Below, piece by piece: positions 9,663-20,325 of a stretch of DNA of 64,000 bases (within the stretch, counting starts at the first letter, position 1; every line of letters begins with the position of its first letter). The notes under the pieces were generated by a model that worked only from the letters and a program-made list of their open reading frames with translations, was not told the origin of the DNA and searched no databases. The translations under genes were made by a program, and so were the position numbers. The DNA comes from an uncultured Solirubrobacteraceae bacterium (GTDB taxonomy: Bacteria; Actinomycetota; Thermoleophilia; Solirubrobacterales; Solirubrobacteraceae): positions 6,224 through 70,223 of the forward strand of contig CAVSSZ010000013.1 in NCBI GenBank assembly GCA_963730725.1. The letters run 5' to 3'.

Positions 9663-10391
9663 ATGCCACCCGCCAAGAAGCGCCCCCCCGTACCGTTGAT
9701 CTGGGCGCAGCCAGCGCCACCAGAGCGGCGACTGAGCCGCGAGCAGATCGTGCGTGCCGCTGTCGCCGTCGCTGACGAGGGCGGCACCCGCGCACTGACG
9801 ATGGCTGCCATCGCGCGCCACCTCGGGTCCTACACAGCCATGGCCCTCTACCGCCACGTGCCCAATAAGGAGGCGCTGATCGACCTCATCATCGATCACG
9901 TCACCGCGGAGGTCGCGCTCCCTGAGACCGCGAGCAAGGGCTGGCGCGCCCAGCTGCAAGCGATCGCACAATCGAGCTGGGAGATGGTGATGCGCCATCG
10001 CTGGTACGCCGAACTCGTCCACACTCGACCACCGCTCGGCCCGAACATGATGCGACGTACCGAGCACATCCTCGAGATCCTCACCCGCCAGGGCGCCACC
10101 CCTGGTCAGGCAATGACCTACGCAGCGCTACTCGATCAGCACATCTTCGGGGCCGCACTCCAAGCCGCAGCCGAACGCGACATGAATGAACGCTACGGAG
10201 TTGACACCACAGACGAACTGACCGCCGCCATCACCGCGACACGCAAGCTCGTAGCCGGAGACAGCTATCCCCTGCTGGCCAGCTGGATGGCGGCCCCGAT
10301 GATCACCGGCCCAGACGAGCAATTCGAGCTCGCGCTCACGTTCCTGCTCGAGGGAATCGCCAGACGGCTCCCGAAACGCCGGCAGGCGTGA
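9663..10391 (+). CDS. TetR/AcrR regulator (TetR_C type)
   Basis: LSREQIVRAAVAVADEGG...MALYRHVPNKEAL; FELALTFLLEG C-terminus. Confidence 0.95.
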   Translation: MPPAKKRPPVPLIWAQPAPPERRLSREQIVRAAVAVADEGGTRALTMAAIARHLGSYTAMALYRHVPNKEALIDLIIDHVTAEVALPETASKGWRAQLQAIAQSSWEMVMRHRWYAELVHTRPPLGPNMMRRTEHILEILTRQGATPGQAMTYAALLDQHIFGAALQAAAERDMNERYGVDTTDELTAAITATRKLVAGDSYPLLASWMAAPMITGPDEQFELALTFLLEGIARRLPKRRQA

Positions 10392-10690
10392 ATGCACCAA
10401 ACCCCTCCTGACGCGCTAGCCGCCCGACAACCAGCCGGACTCAAGGGCATGGTCTTGCGCGCATGGGACTGGCCCTCTGCGGCCGATCAACAACTGTGGC
10501 GCACCCGCCGAAGCCGAAGGGACCGACGAGTCATCTGTAAGACGCGAGGGCGCGACGTCTAGGACCCTCCCACGCGGACAGATAGGACGGTCGACCTGGC
10601 GAACACTGCTCGGATGCCCGATGTCGGAAGCGCGGTCGTCCGGGATGGTCTCCTCCATGAACCCACACCACAACGTCTGAGAGGGACCGG

Positions 10691-11542
10691 ATGAATCTCA
10701 TCGCCAAATGCGCACTCGCTGCGGCCGCGTGCATGCCGCTGGCCGCGCCGACCGTCGCGAGCGCGGCCACAAAGTCGGATTTCTCCAGTCCGTATGGACT
10801 CACCTCCAACGCGGCCGGTGACGTGTTCGTCGCCAACTCGGGCTCGGGCAAGATCTCCGAGATCACCCCCACGCTCACGATCAAGACGGTCAGGCTCAAC
10901 TCGGCTGTTCCGAAGGCCAACTCGGTCGCGGTCGACTCGTCGGGGAACCTCTTCGTGAGCTCCGCCCAAGGGGGCGTGACTGAGTTCTCGCCGACGGGAT
11001 CGGTCGTGCAGGGGATCACGGCCAACGCCGGTCAGCCGTTGTCGATCGCAGTTGACCAGTTCGACGACCTCTTCATCGCCGGCCCGGCGGGGCTCGCGCT
11101 CGACGATCCGGACGGCAATTCGTTGTCGAGCAACATCGACCCCTTCCGCCCGTCGGTCGACTCGGTCACGGTCGGGGGATCGACCGTGTACGCATTCGCC
11201 CCCGAGGCTGAGGATTACGCCAACGGCTCGTTCGCGTTGCGTCAGCTCAGCATGCAGCAGAGCATCACTGGTTTTGCATCGACCGGTTCGGATTTTGTGG
11301 GTTCCAGCTGCGCCGCGCCCGCCGCGCCCGAGCTCCGGGGAGAGTGCTGGACCGCCGACGCCACGTACAACCAGCTGATTCATATCGGGGCCGATGAGGC
11401 GGATGCGGTTGCCGTGCCCTACCAGCCGGAGGGGATCGCCTTCGTCGCGTCCAAGCACCGGCTGTTCGTGAGCGACGCGAGTCAGAACACGATCAGCGTC
11501 TACAAGACCAGCCCCTTCGCGCTGGTCAAGACGCTGCACTGA
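10691..11542 (+). CDS. Secreted NHL-repeat/beta-propeller protein
   Basis: Signal peptide (A-S-A); repeats PYGLTSNAAGDVFVAN, SVAVDSSGNLFVS, SIAVDQFDDLFIA, PEGIAF..LFVSD. Confidence 0.8.
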   Translation: MNLIAKCALAAAACMPLAAPTVASAATKSDFSSPYGLTSNAAGDVFVANSGSGKISEITPTLTIKTVRLNSAVPKANSVAVDSSGNLFVSSAQGGVTEFSPTGSVVQGITANAGQPLSIAVDQFDDLFIAGPAGLALDDPDGNSLSSNIDPFRPSVDSVTVGGSTVYAFAPEAEDYANGSFALRQLSMQQSITGFASTGSDFVGSSCAAPAAPELRGECWTADATYNQLIHIGADEADAVAVPYQPEGIAFVASKHRLFVSDASQNTISVYKTSPFALVKTLH

Positions 11543-11550
11543 TCGGCCGG

Positions 11551-11574
11551 CCCGCCGCCCGATCAGGCGGCGGG
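11551..11574. terminator. GC hairpin between convergent genes
   Basis: CCCGCCGCC-CGATCA-GGCGGCGGG. Confidence 0.55.
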
Positions 11575-11598
11575 TCGCCCCCACCCCGGCGTGCTGGG

Positions 11599-12640
11599 TC
11601 AATGGGGCAGGGTCGCCACGTAGCCGTGAGAGCGTCCTGAGCTATCCCAATACTGGCCGCCCGCCTCGGTGCCGTTGCGTTGATCCCGTACAGCGCGCTG
11701 CCCAGGTTCGGGCCGATTGCCTCGAGCGGGTCGTTGAGCGCGACGAACTGCCAGTTGTTCAGCAGCCACCCTGAGATTTCGTTGGTTCCGCTCAGGGTCC
11801 AGCCGCTGATGACCCCGTCGCTCGTAATGCCGTAGGGGATCGTGCCCTGGTTGGCCCGCGTCCCCGCTCCGCGGGCGTCGAAGTCGAAGAAACTGCCATG
11901 GGAGTCGATGACGCCGTGGTAGACACCGGCGTCGTCGACGTAGGTGCCGGCAATCACTCCGGAGGTGTTGATGGAGACGAGCACCGTGCCGGCCCCGGAT
12001 GCGGTCCCGGCGGCGGGGATGTCGATGGTCGTGAAGCCCGCGCGGCGCGTGTAGACGAATACGTGCGCGAGATTCTGGGCGTCCACGTAGAAGCCAACGA
12101 TCACTCCGTGATTGACGCCCTCCGGGAACGTGCCGTAGCCCGCGCCTGTCGCCGCCAATGGATCGTTGAGCGGCTGGAAGGTGCCATCGGAGGAGCGGAT
12201 CAGCCGTCGTCGGTGCCGGCGCCATCGACGTAGGTGCCGACCGCAACTCCGCGGTTGTTCATGCCATCCAGTGACGTCACGCCCGACGTGCCGGGATAGT
12301 CGACCGTGACCAGCCGGTGCCCGTGCTGGATAAAGCCGTGGCTCAGGGCACCCTTGTCCTTGTAGTAGTTCCCGCCCACCACGCCGGAGTCAGTGACCGT
12401 CACCACCTGCGTGCCGTATGCGCCGGCCACATCGACGGTCCGGAACGTCACCCCGGGCGCTTGCGGAAGTGCCGGCGCCGCGGTTGCCCCTGGTGTGACC
12501 GGTGCCGGGTTCTGGCTCGCCCCAGGCAGCGGCGGCCCGAAGCGAGGCTGGAGCGATGGAGCCGCGCGTGCCTGCGCCGCGGCGGCAAGCGCAGCTCCCG
12601 CCACTACCGCGATCGATGCGATCCGACGGCCAACAATCAT
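11599..12640 (-). pseudogene. Secreted beta-repeat protein (HAF-like 'IN..G.VVG.Y....HGF' repeats) with two single-base deletions
   Basis: Signal peptide AQARA; repeats continue across ORFs 12200-12640, 11526-12158 and 11599-12246. Breaks near 12201 (GGC TG- ATC) and near 11677. Confidence 0.8.
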
Positions 12641-12733
12641 GTGCCTTCCCCTCCCGACGCCATGTTCGGCGGGAAACTCAGCGCCGCTGGCGCAACGCTA
12701 CCGCCTGATGCCACCGGTGGGGCGTCGATGACA

Positions 12734-12975
12734 TCAGCCGCTGCGTCTGGTCTTTGTCGGAGGGCCTGGACTGACGAGACCGGTCTCGTAGGCAAAGATG
12801 GCCGCTCGGACCCGGTCGCGAACACCGAGCTTCATCAGGATGCGGGTGACGTGCGTCCTGAGCTGGTCTCGCCGATGATCAGCTCGGCGGCAATCTCACC
12901 ATTTGTTTTGCCGGCTGCGAGCAGCCGGAGCACGTCGAGCTCACCCCGCGCGAGAGCTCATCGAGCTCAGTGCAG
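12734..12975 (-). pseudogene. NarL/LuxR response-regulator HTH remnant
   Basis: ELDVLRLLAAGKTNGEIAAELIIGET...HVTRILMKLGVRDRVRAAIFAYETGLV with frameshifts; receiver domain missing. Confidence 0.8.
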
Positions 12976-13184
12976 CGGCTGAGGAGGCGCGAGGATCATC
13001 CGGAAGCCGTCACGGATCAGCTTCGGTCATCGGCGATCAAGGCGCGCACGCTCACGCGGGTGCTCCTTGCATGCCGCGCGGCATCCGGGTGACGAGCCGG
13101 ATCGTCAGGTAATCCCTCGCTCAGTGCGACCACGTACACCTGTCGCGGCCCGGCTTGATGTTGACGAGTGGCACCATTGATCGG

Positions 13185-13530
13185 GTGGTCTCTCCCCAAA
13201 CGCTGAGCCTGGCCGACCGCCGTATCGTGGCCGGCTGGGCGGCGCAGCGCGCGGAACGTGTGCTCTCGGTGTTTGAGCTGGCCGCCCCGGAAGACGCCCC
13301 CGCAGATCTCTTGCCCGGACGCACGCGTTTGCCCGAGGCGACCTCGACGTCTCCGGGGAGATTCGGCGTCGCTTCGTCGGTGGTGAAGCCGCGCGCGAGG
13401 TAGGGGATCCCGCGCGGCCGCTGCAGCCAAGGCGGCTGGACAGGCGGCGGGAGTGGCCCATATAGGGGCGGGACAGGCTCTGGGTGCCGCGGCATATGCC
13501 GCCAAGGCCGCCGGTCTCAAGCCAAGCTGA
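13185..13530 (+). pseudogene. Imm5-like putative immunity protein remnant
   Basis: PQTLSLADRRIVAGWAAQRAERVLSVFE, then in other frames GEIRRRFVGG, AAGVAHIG and LGAAAYAAKAAGL. Confidence 0.65.
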
Positions 13531-13574
13531 ACGAAGGCACCCGACTCGCTTGAGCTGATCTGACAAGGATGGAA

Positions 13575-14147
13575 TCAGGTCAGAACCAGATCCACGAGCC
13601 TGGTGGCATCGGCCGGGTCCAAGGGCTCGCTGGTCATGAGGCGCCGGTAGAAGATCGCCCCGAGGAGTGCGCTGGTCGCCAACTCGGGGTCGACGCGCTT
13701 CGTGATCTGGCCTTCTCGGATGCCGCCGTTGATGAGGTTGACGAGTGCTCGGCGGCGCTCGGCGGAGTAGCGGTGATGGAACTCGCGCACGCGCGGGTCC
13801 CGTTCGGCGCCCTCGATGAGTGCGGGAATGCAGCGCGAGAATGTCGAGTCGACGACCACCTCGGCGACGTGGCCGAGCAGCACCGCGACCGCCTCACGGA
13901 CAGGCAGATCACCGAGATCGGGAACCATCCGTTCGTGGAACGTCTCGAACGCGTCAGCGATCAGCGCCAGCTTGTCGGGCCAATGACGGTAGATCGTCGA
14001 CTTCCCCACGCCGGCCCGAGTCGCGATGGACTCAATCGTGACGCGCCCATACCCGACATCTGCCAGCTCCCCGACCGCCGCAGTGAGGATCACGCGCCGG
14101 GAGCGCTCGACGCGAGGGTCGGATTCGCGCCCAGCACCCGCGCTCAT
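13575..14147 (-). CDS. TetR/AcrR regulator
   Basis: VTIESIATRAGVGKSTIYRHWPDK. Confidence 0.95.
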   Translation of the reverse strand: MSAGAGRESDPRVERSRRVILTAAVGELADVGYGRVTIESIATRAGVGKSTIYRHWPDKLALIADAFETFHERMVPDLGDLPVREAVAVLLGHVAEVVVDSTFSRCIPALIEGAERDPRVREFHHRYSAERRRALVNLINGGIREGQITKRVDPELATSALLGAIFYRRLMTSEPLDPADATRLVDLVLT

Positions 14148-14185
14148 CGCGGCGCTCCGTCAGCCGTACAAGCGCTGACAGATAT

Positions 14186-14222
14186 GAAACGTTGACGTAT
14201 CGCTGCGAAACGCATACGTTCT
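14186..14222. promoter_or_regulatory. Tandem imperfect palindromes, probable TetR operators
   Basis: GAAACG-TTGA-CGTATC and GAAACG-CATA-CGTTCT between the divergent tetR and VOC genes. Confidence 0.55.
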
Positions 14223-14248
14223 ACAGTAAACCAACGCGAGGAGACGAC

Positions 14249-14656
14249 ATGGCTAAAGTCAGCGTCCGCTACATCGTCGACGACGTCGACGCGGCGATCG
14301 ACTTCTACTGCACAGCGCTCGGCTTCCACGAGGTCATGCACCCCGCGCCCAGCTTCGCGATGCTTTCCCACGGGGACCTGCGACTCGTGCTCAGCGCGCC
14401 CGGCGGCGGCCCGGGCGGCGGCCAGGCCATGCCAGACGGCACCCAGCCGCAGCCGGGAGGCTGGAATCGCTTTCAGCTCGAAGTCGACGACATCGACGAA
14501 ACCGTTGCGCGTCTGCGCAAGCGGGGCGCACGATTTCGCAACGAGATCATCACGGGCGTGGGAGGCAGGCAAACCCTCCTCGAAGACCCGTCCGGCAACC
14601 CCATAGAGCTCTTTCAGCCCACGCTCCAAGAGGCGAAGCTCTCAGACACCGCGTGA
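14249..14656 (+). CDS. VOC/glyoxalase family protein
   Basis: VRYIVDDVDAAIDFY, FQLEVDDI, EDPSGNPIELFQP; GAGGAG RBS. Confidence 0.93.
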   Translation: MAKVSVRYIVDDVDAAIDFYCTALGFHEVMHPAPSFAMLSHGDLRLVLSAPGGGPGGGQAMPDGTQPQPGGWNRFQLEVDDIDETVARLRKRGARFRNEIITGVGGRQTLLEDPSGNPIELFQPTLQEAKLSDTA

Positions 14657-14763
14657 TGTCGAAAGCAAGCCGCAAGCGGCCACCGACCGTCGCCGTTGAG
14701 ATTCGCGAGAAGGAGGGCGGCCCACGAGAAGATCGTCGGAAGCGGCGCGTAAGGTTCAGGCGC

Positions 14764-15963
14764 TCATCCCGCGCCCGGTGACCGGCTCGAGGAGACCGCA
14801 GCCGGCATCACCGCCGCCGCCAGAGCGGCGAGCACCGCGAAGGCGCCCCACCATCCGATTCCTGTCGCGGTCAGCACACCGATCAGGACCGCGCCGGTTG
14901 CGGTCCCGGCGTCGAAGGCGCCGTTCCATACCGCGCTGGCAACCGGCCGCTCGCGCGCGATGGTGCGCGCGAACGAGTACACCAGGGTGAGGCATTGCAC
15001 CGCCCCATAACCGAGCCCGAGAACCGCGCAGGCTGCCAGCACGACCCAGTTGGAGTGGCCACTCAGGCCAGCTGCAAGCGCGAGCAGACCAGCGATGGCC
15101 AGTACGCACGCGCCGGGCAAAAGCCACGTTCCTCTTGGCTGGTCGACCTGCTTTCCGGCCTGCCACCGAGCCAGTGCGGTGGCGATTGCGAACATCAGAA
15201 GACTGACGGTTGCCAACAGCTCCGAGCGGACGATCGGCAAGATCGTGATCACCGCGCCGGCGGCGATCGTGATGGGGTAGAGCACGGAGGCGGGCAGCAG
15301 AGAGCGAGTGATCGCCCGCCGGGTGGAGCTCGTCGGCGTCACCTGAGTCGGATCGGGCGCCGCTCGCCGCCAACCGCCGCCCCAGGCCAGCGTCGCGCCG
15401 ACAACAGGGAAAGCGGCGATGGACCCGACGAGCCAGAAGCCGGGTGTGTGCAGCAGCAGCACGCCCAGCGGAACCATGATGACGTTGGGAATCGCCGCAG
15501 CCAGCCCGTACAGCCCAGCCGCCTCGCCCTCGCGGCCGGGCGGCGCGACCTCGCTGGCCATATACGCCCCCGCGACCGTGAACACGGCGAACCCCATGCC
15601 CCGCAGCACGCATATCGAGTACAACCCAGCGCCCGAACTCACCCAGATCAGCAGCGGCGCCGGAAGCCCAAGTGCGACGAGGCCGATGCTCACCGTCGCG
15701 GGCGTGGAGAGGCGGCGCAGCAGCGCGGGCACGACGGGCTGAAACAGGACGGTGGCGACGAGCGTCACACTCGTCGTCGCGCCGGCCGCGGCGGCGGAGT
15801 TGCCGGCCGACGCCAAGTGGGCCGGCAGCGACGAGAGCGTCACGCCGAAACCTGAAAACCCCGCCGCAGCCATCAGCATCATGCGCGCGCACGGCCATTG
15901 CAACGCCAGCGAGCGACGGCCGTTGGGTCCGAGCATCCGCGGCAAGGTAGACGAAGTGCCCAT
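14764..15963 (-). CDS. MFS transporter
   Basis: About 12 hydrophobic segments; LRGMGF, SEVAPPGREGEAAGLYG, WNGAFDAG. Start uncertain. Confidence 0.85.
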   Translation of the reverse strand: MGTSSTLPRMLGPNGRRSLALQWPCARMMLMAAAGFSGFGVTLSSLPAHLASAGNSAAAAGATTSVTLVATVLFQPVVPALLRRLSTPATVSIGLVALGLPAPLLIWVSSGAGLYSICVLRGMGFAVFTVAGAYMASEVAPPGREGEAAGLYGLAAAIPNVIMVPLGVLLLHTPGFWLVGSIAAFPVVGATLAWGGGWRRAAPDPTQVTPTSSTRRAITRSLLPASVLYPITIAAGAVITILPIVRSELLATVSLLMFAIATALARWQAGKQVDQPRGTWLLPGACVLAIAGLLALAAGLSGHSNWVVLAACAVLGLGYGAVQCLTLVYSFARTIARERPVASAVWNGAFDAGTATGAVLIGVLTATGIGWWGAFAVLAALAAAVMPAAVSSSRSPGAG

Positions 15964-16050
15964 CTCGACCCCGCCACACTCGGTTCGCCGACCACGACAA
16001 GGAGCTCTTTGGCCCGGGCGGCGCGATCGGCCCGGCAGAATGGCGGGGGG

Positions 16051-16914
16051 ATGGCCTGCGAGTGGTTGCTTGTCGATGGATCGAGCCTGATCTTTCGCGC
16101 CTACTACGGCGCGCTGGCGAGCGCGCGCACCACCGGGAACCGCGGGAACGCGATATCGGGCTTCCTGGACAGGCTGGCGCGGCTGCTCCTCGACCGCCGG
16201 CCGCGGCGGCTGGTGATCGCCGAGGACTGGGCATGGCGACCCCAGTGGCGGGTCGCCCTCATCGCCGGCTACAAGGCCCACCGAGTCGCAGAGCCGGTTC
16301 CACCCGGCCTGGTCGACGACCTTCCCGTGATCCCCCGCCTACTCGAATACATCGGCATCGACCTCGTCGGCGTGGCCGACCATGAGGCCGAGGACGTAAT
16401 CGCCACCTTGACCAGACTCGCCCAGGGGAGTGTGGAGATCGCCAGCGGTGACCGAGACCTGTTCGCGCTCGTGCACGATCCCCGCGTCAGCGTCCTGTAC
16501 CCGGAGCGATCCGGCCTCGCCGTCATCGACGAAGCCGAGATCACGCGCCGCTACCAGATCCCCGGCCGCCGCTACGCCGACTTCGCGGTCCTGCGCGGCG
16601 ACCCCTCCGACGGCCTTCCCGGCCTCAAGGGCGTCGGCGCCGTGACCGCGGCCGCGATGATCCGACGCCACGGCGACATCGCAGGCGTGCTCCAGCAGCG
16701 CACCCTGCGCCCGGCCGACCGCCAATACCTCGAGGCCGCGATCACCGTCGTGCAGCCAGTCGACGATCTCCCCGTCGCGCTCCCACCCGGCCGTCGCGGT
16801 GCGTACCCGACCGACGCGCCCGCCCTCTGGGCGCTCGCGGCACGTCACGACGCGGAAAAATCGGTAGAACGGCTGCTCGACGCGCTCGGCAGACTGACCT
16901 CCCAGCACCCCTGA
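16051..16914 (+). CDS. Stand-alone 5'-3' exonuclease/flap endonuclease (Pol I N-terminal-like)
   Basis: LLVDGSSLIFRAY, YKAHR, EAEDVIATL, SGDRDL, LRGDPSDGLPGLKGVG. Confidence 0.93.
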   Translation: MACEWLLVDGSSLIFRAYYGALASARTTGNRGNAISGFLDRLARLLLDRRPRRLVIAEDWAWRPQWRVALIAGYKAHRVAEPVPPGLVDDLPVIPRLLEYIGIDLVGVADHEAEDVIATLTRLAQGSVEIASGDRDLFALVHDPRVSVLYPERSGLAVIDEAEITRRYQIPGRRYADFAVLRGDPSDGLPGLKGVGAVTAAAMIRRHGDIAGVLQQRTLRPADRQYLEAAITVVQPVDDLPVALPPGRRGAYPTDAPALWALAARHDAEKSVERLLDALGRLTSQHP

Positions 16915-17640
16915 CGACGGGGCACCTTGCCGCCACCGGCGAGATTAGGTGCCCGGCGAACGGCAGCGGGCGCTCGCGGCAACCGATCACCAGCGCTGCT
17001 GGCACGCCGCCGAGGGCTGCGTATGCAGCCGCATGGTCGGGCGACGGCGCGAATGTGTTGATCGCGCCGCGAGTCGAATCGGCTGAAGCGCCGAGTCCCC
17101 CTGCTTGCGAGCGTCCGCCTCGACCCTGAAAGCGCGCGGCCGGACGCCAGGTGTGGTCGATGCTCAGACCCCTCGTCTGAATATCGCCCACGGTTGTAGG
17201 GGTCTCCGCTTCGGTGCGGAAAGCACGTGCCAGCAGGGCAGAACCGGATGTGCGGAGTGAGCCTCGCATCCCCGCCAGGTCGCTCTTCGGTTCACTCATC
17301 GCAGATCATCCAAACGCCTCGCCCGCTCTTGACGTGGGTACGGTGGGCGCGGCCGCGCTGGGAGGGATCGACTTTGGTTGATGCGATCCCCGTCTCGGGG
17401 TGCAGATGAGATCGACCTCTCGCCGTAGCCGGGGCTGACGGCATCGTCGATGCTGCGGCGATGATCAAGCCAGAGAACCTCCCACAGCGCGACCACGACG
17501 ACGAACCACCATCTGCGACATCTACTTCTGGTGGGCCTTCACGCTCTGCTGAGAACGACTGCGGCATCACTACCCGCTCCGCACGATCAAGACTCGACAC
17601 GGGGGACACGGCACAGGACGGCCACGGGCGGGCCGCCCCA

Positions 17641-18270
17641 ATGGCGACCGCCCCGGCCTCGGCGGCAACGATCCACACCGACAAAGCGGGGCGCCGTTTC
17701 CTCGGCGGGCAGGCCGGGCGGCCTGCGGTCCTGCTGGGGCTGTGGGCGGGCTGGTATGCGGCGTACCGCTTCTATTACGCGTTCGGCGGCCAGATCGGCA
17801 TGGTCGGCCGGCCCGCGCCCGCTGCGCACTTCCGTGACGACAACCTGGTCGGTGCGATCATCATCCTGACCGCCGGACTGCTCCCCTTGGCCGCCGGGTG
17901 GGGCTGGCGCCATCCGACCGTCCGATGGCTGGTCAAAACCGTCGGCTGGGTAGCGACCGTGGGCAGCTGCATGCATGCCCTGACGCTTGAGATCCTCCGC
18001 ATCCTGAGCCTCACCGGGCTGCATCCAATTCACTACCCACCTGGACTATGGGTGTCGATCGACCACCACCAGGCCGACCTGCAGGACGCGTTGTTCAACG
18101 AGCCATGGTTCTTCATCACAGGCGTGCTCTGTGCCCGCCTCGCGCTCACCGCGGTGAAGCCGGCGTCCCGGCCCCGTTGGGAGCGATCCGCGGCCGTCGC
18201 GACCGTGCTCTCACTCGTCGTTGGCGTGCTGAGCGGGCTCGGTGCGATCCCGATGCTCAGAGTCGGATGA
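17641..18270 (+). CDS. Integral membrane protein (DUF3995-like, tentative)
   Basis: About 5 TM segments; WAGWYAAYRFYYAFGG, FNEPWF. Start could be further upstream (17461). Confidence 0.6.
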   Translation: MATAPASAATIHTDKAGRRFLGGQAGRPAVLLGLWAGWYAAYRFYYAFGGQIGMVGRPAPAAHFRDDNLVGAIIILTAGLLPLAAGWGWRHPTVRWLVKTVGWVATVGSCMHALTLEILRILSLTGLHPIHYPPGLWVSIDHHQADLQDALFNEPWFFITGVLCARLALTAVKPASRPRWERSAAVATVLSLVVGVLSGLGAIPMLRVG

Positions 18271-18675
18271 CCCGGCGCGGCCCGGCGCCATCTTGCCGAG
18301 GCACACGTCGGTTGTCGTATCAGGACACGTGACCGCGCCTGCTGGCGTGTGTTGCTCGCCCGGGCTGACCCTCTTCCCGCCCGAGCGCGATCGCATCCCC
18401 GTCGGCTTGCTTGATGCGTAGCGACTCCTCCGCGAGCAAAGGGATCGTCCGAATGCCACGGCGTCGATGATCCCCTTCGCCGCTACAGCGCTCACGCGGT
18501 GGCGGCGGTTGCCCGCCGGTGTTATGCAACGGCGGACCACAGAGTGCGCCGATTCTCGTGGCGTGCGAGAAGGAGGTGAGCGACTGGACGAAGGAGCGCT
18601 GTGTGCGGTTGGCGAGATCTCACGCGGCGGGACCCGGCGGTCGGGGATCGTGGTGTCGGCGGTAGCGTCCGGCGT

Positions 18676-19470
18676 ATGTCTGTCGGGTTCACGCCGTCTC
18701 ACCGTGGAGGGGATGGTTCGCCGCTGGTATGTCTGCACGGGTTCATGGACACGTGGCGGGCCTGGGAGCTTGTGCTGCCGACGCTTGAGCGCGAGCACGA
18801 CGTGCTTGCACCGACGCTGCCCAGCCATGCAGGAGGCCCACCGATCGACGGATCGGTCACTACAGACACATTTGTCGATGCTGTGGAGCGCTTGATGGAC
18901 GCGGCGGGTCTGGAGCTTGCGCACCTGGTCGGCAATTCGCTCGGAGGCTACGTCGCGCTTCAGCTCGCCGCGCGTGGTCGGGCAGCAAGCGTCGTGGCCT
19001 TCGCGCCGGCGGGCGGGTGGGCGCCCGGGGACAGGTCTTACGAGGATCTGCTGAGTGCGCAACGGGAGCTACAGGTCCAGGTCAAGGCAGCGGCGCCGCA
19101 CGCGGAGGAGTTCGTTGCCACGCTGCAGGGTCGGCGCCGTGCGACGCAGCTGATCACGACCAACTTCGAGCACATCCCAGCCGACCTGCTCGCGCATCAG
19201 ATGCTCGGAATCGCTAACTGCGCGGCGGCTGCACCACTGATCGAGACCGCTCTGAGCGAGGGGTGGATGCTCGACGCGGAGAGGATCACCTGCCCGATGC
19301 GGATCGTGTGGGGCACTGCCGACAAACTCCTGCCCTGGCCCCAAGCCGCCGCCCGCTACCGCAAAGAACTACCCCAAGCCGACTGGGTCCTACTCGACGG
19401 GATCGGGCACTGCCCTCAGCTCGATGTTCCGATCGACGCCGCACACCTGATCCTCGGGTTCACCTGGTAG
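18676..19470 (+). CDS. Alpha/beta hydrolase
   Basis: LHGF, nucleophile GNSLGG, WGTADKLL, GHCPQLD. Confidence 0.93.
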   Translation: MSVGFTPSHRGGDGSPLVCLHGFMDTWRAWELVLPTLEREHDVLAPTLPSHAGGPPIDGSVTTDTFVDAVERLMDAAGLELAHLVGNSLGGYVALQLAARGRAASVVAFAPAGGWAPGDRSYEDLLSAQRELQVQVKAAAPHAEEFVATLQGRRRATQLITTNFEHIPADLLAHQMLGIANCAAAAPLIETALSEGWMLDAERITCPMRIVWGTADKLLPWPQAAARYRKELPQADWVLLDGIGHCPQLDVPIDAAHLILGFTW

Positions 19471-19897
19471 CGGACCCTGCTCACCCGCGCCGCTGGGCAG
19501 TAGCGCTGGCGAGGAAGCGGGCGTCAGGCGCTGCGAGGGTCCGCACGTCGTTCTCGCCAGATGCAACTCGCTGTTCTGGCGCTCCCTTGTCAGGCATCAA
19601 CGTAGGCACAGCCCCTCGCAGCCGGCTCGGGCCGAAGCTCCGCATGACCGCAACGCGCGAAAAGGACTCACGCGCACCGCCGAGGTCGACGAGTACAGCG
19701 GCGGGACCGAGGTCGGCCGAGACCTCAGTTCGTCGCCGAGCGATGGCGCAGAAGTATCGCGGCGGTCGACAAAGCAGGAGTCCGGGCCGGGCCCGGTTAC
19801 TCCCAACCTCACTGGAGCAGGTGCCTGAAGCCGCCGGGCATTCAGCGCAAAAACGCCGCTCACCGGGTAGTACCTGTTCGTGCACGGACGCGCCCAG

Positions 19898-20325
19898 TTG
19901 ATCGCTCGGGCCTTGCTTCCGATCTTGCCGGCGCTCGGGTTCGCGGTTGTCCTTCCGGGCGGCGGTTACGTGCTCCTTGCGCTCGTCCAGCGCAGCTGGT
20001 GGAAGCCGGGGGTCGTCATCGTTTCCGGTGTAGTCGTCGGCACCTTGCGACTCGGGTGAGGCGATGGCGCCGTCCTGCGCCCACCAATCGGCGGCGTGAC
20101 GCTGGCGCAGCGGGACTTGCGCTGGTACTGGTTCCAATCGGAGCCGCCGGTTCGGCGCTCCTGATCATCGCGCCCTGGGGCACCAAGGACACGACCCTCT
20201 ACCTATTCGGCGGCGCAGCGGCGATCGCTGTCCTTTGTGGCTTTGTCGGGCTGCTTGGCGGCGCCGTTCAGCAGCTCATCCGCTCCCACCACCGCGCTCC
20301 TGACACGGCACCTCCCGACGCGTAA
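19898..20325 (+). pseudogene. Probable frameshifted small membrane protein
   Basis: Hydrophobic frame LIARALLPIL...VVIVSGVVVG is followed, after a frame change near 20045, by GLALVLVPIG...AVLCGFVGLLGG. Confidence 0.4.

Noticed and set aside
16920-17460. Possible coding remnants or ncRNA
   Set aside because: No recognisable motif or convincing structure beyond a short terminator-like hairpin.
19481-20137. 218-aa minus-strand ORF
   Set aside because: Low-complexity composition with no motifs; the opposite strand gives a more plausible hydrophobic remnant.
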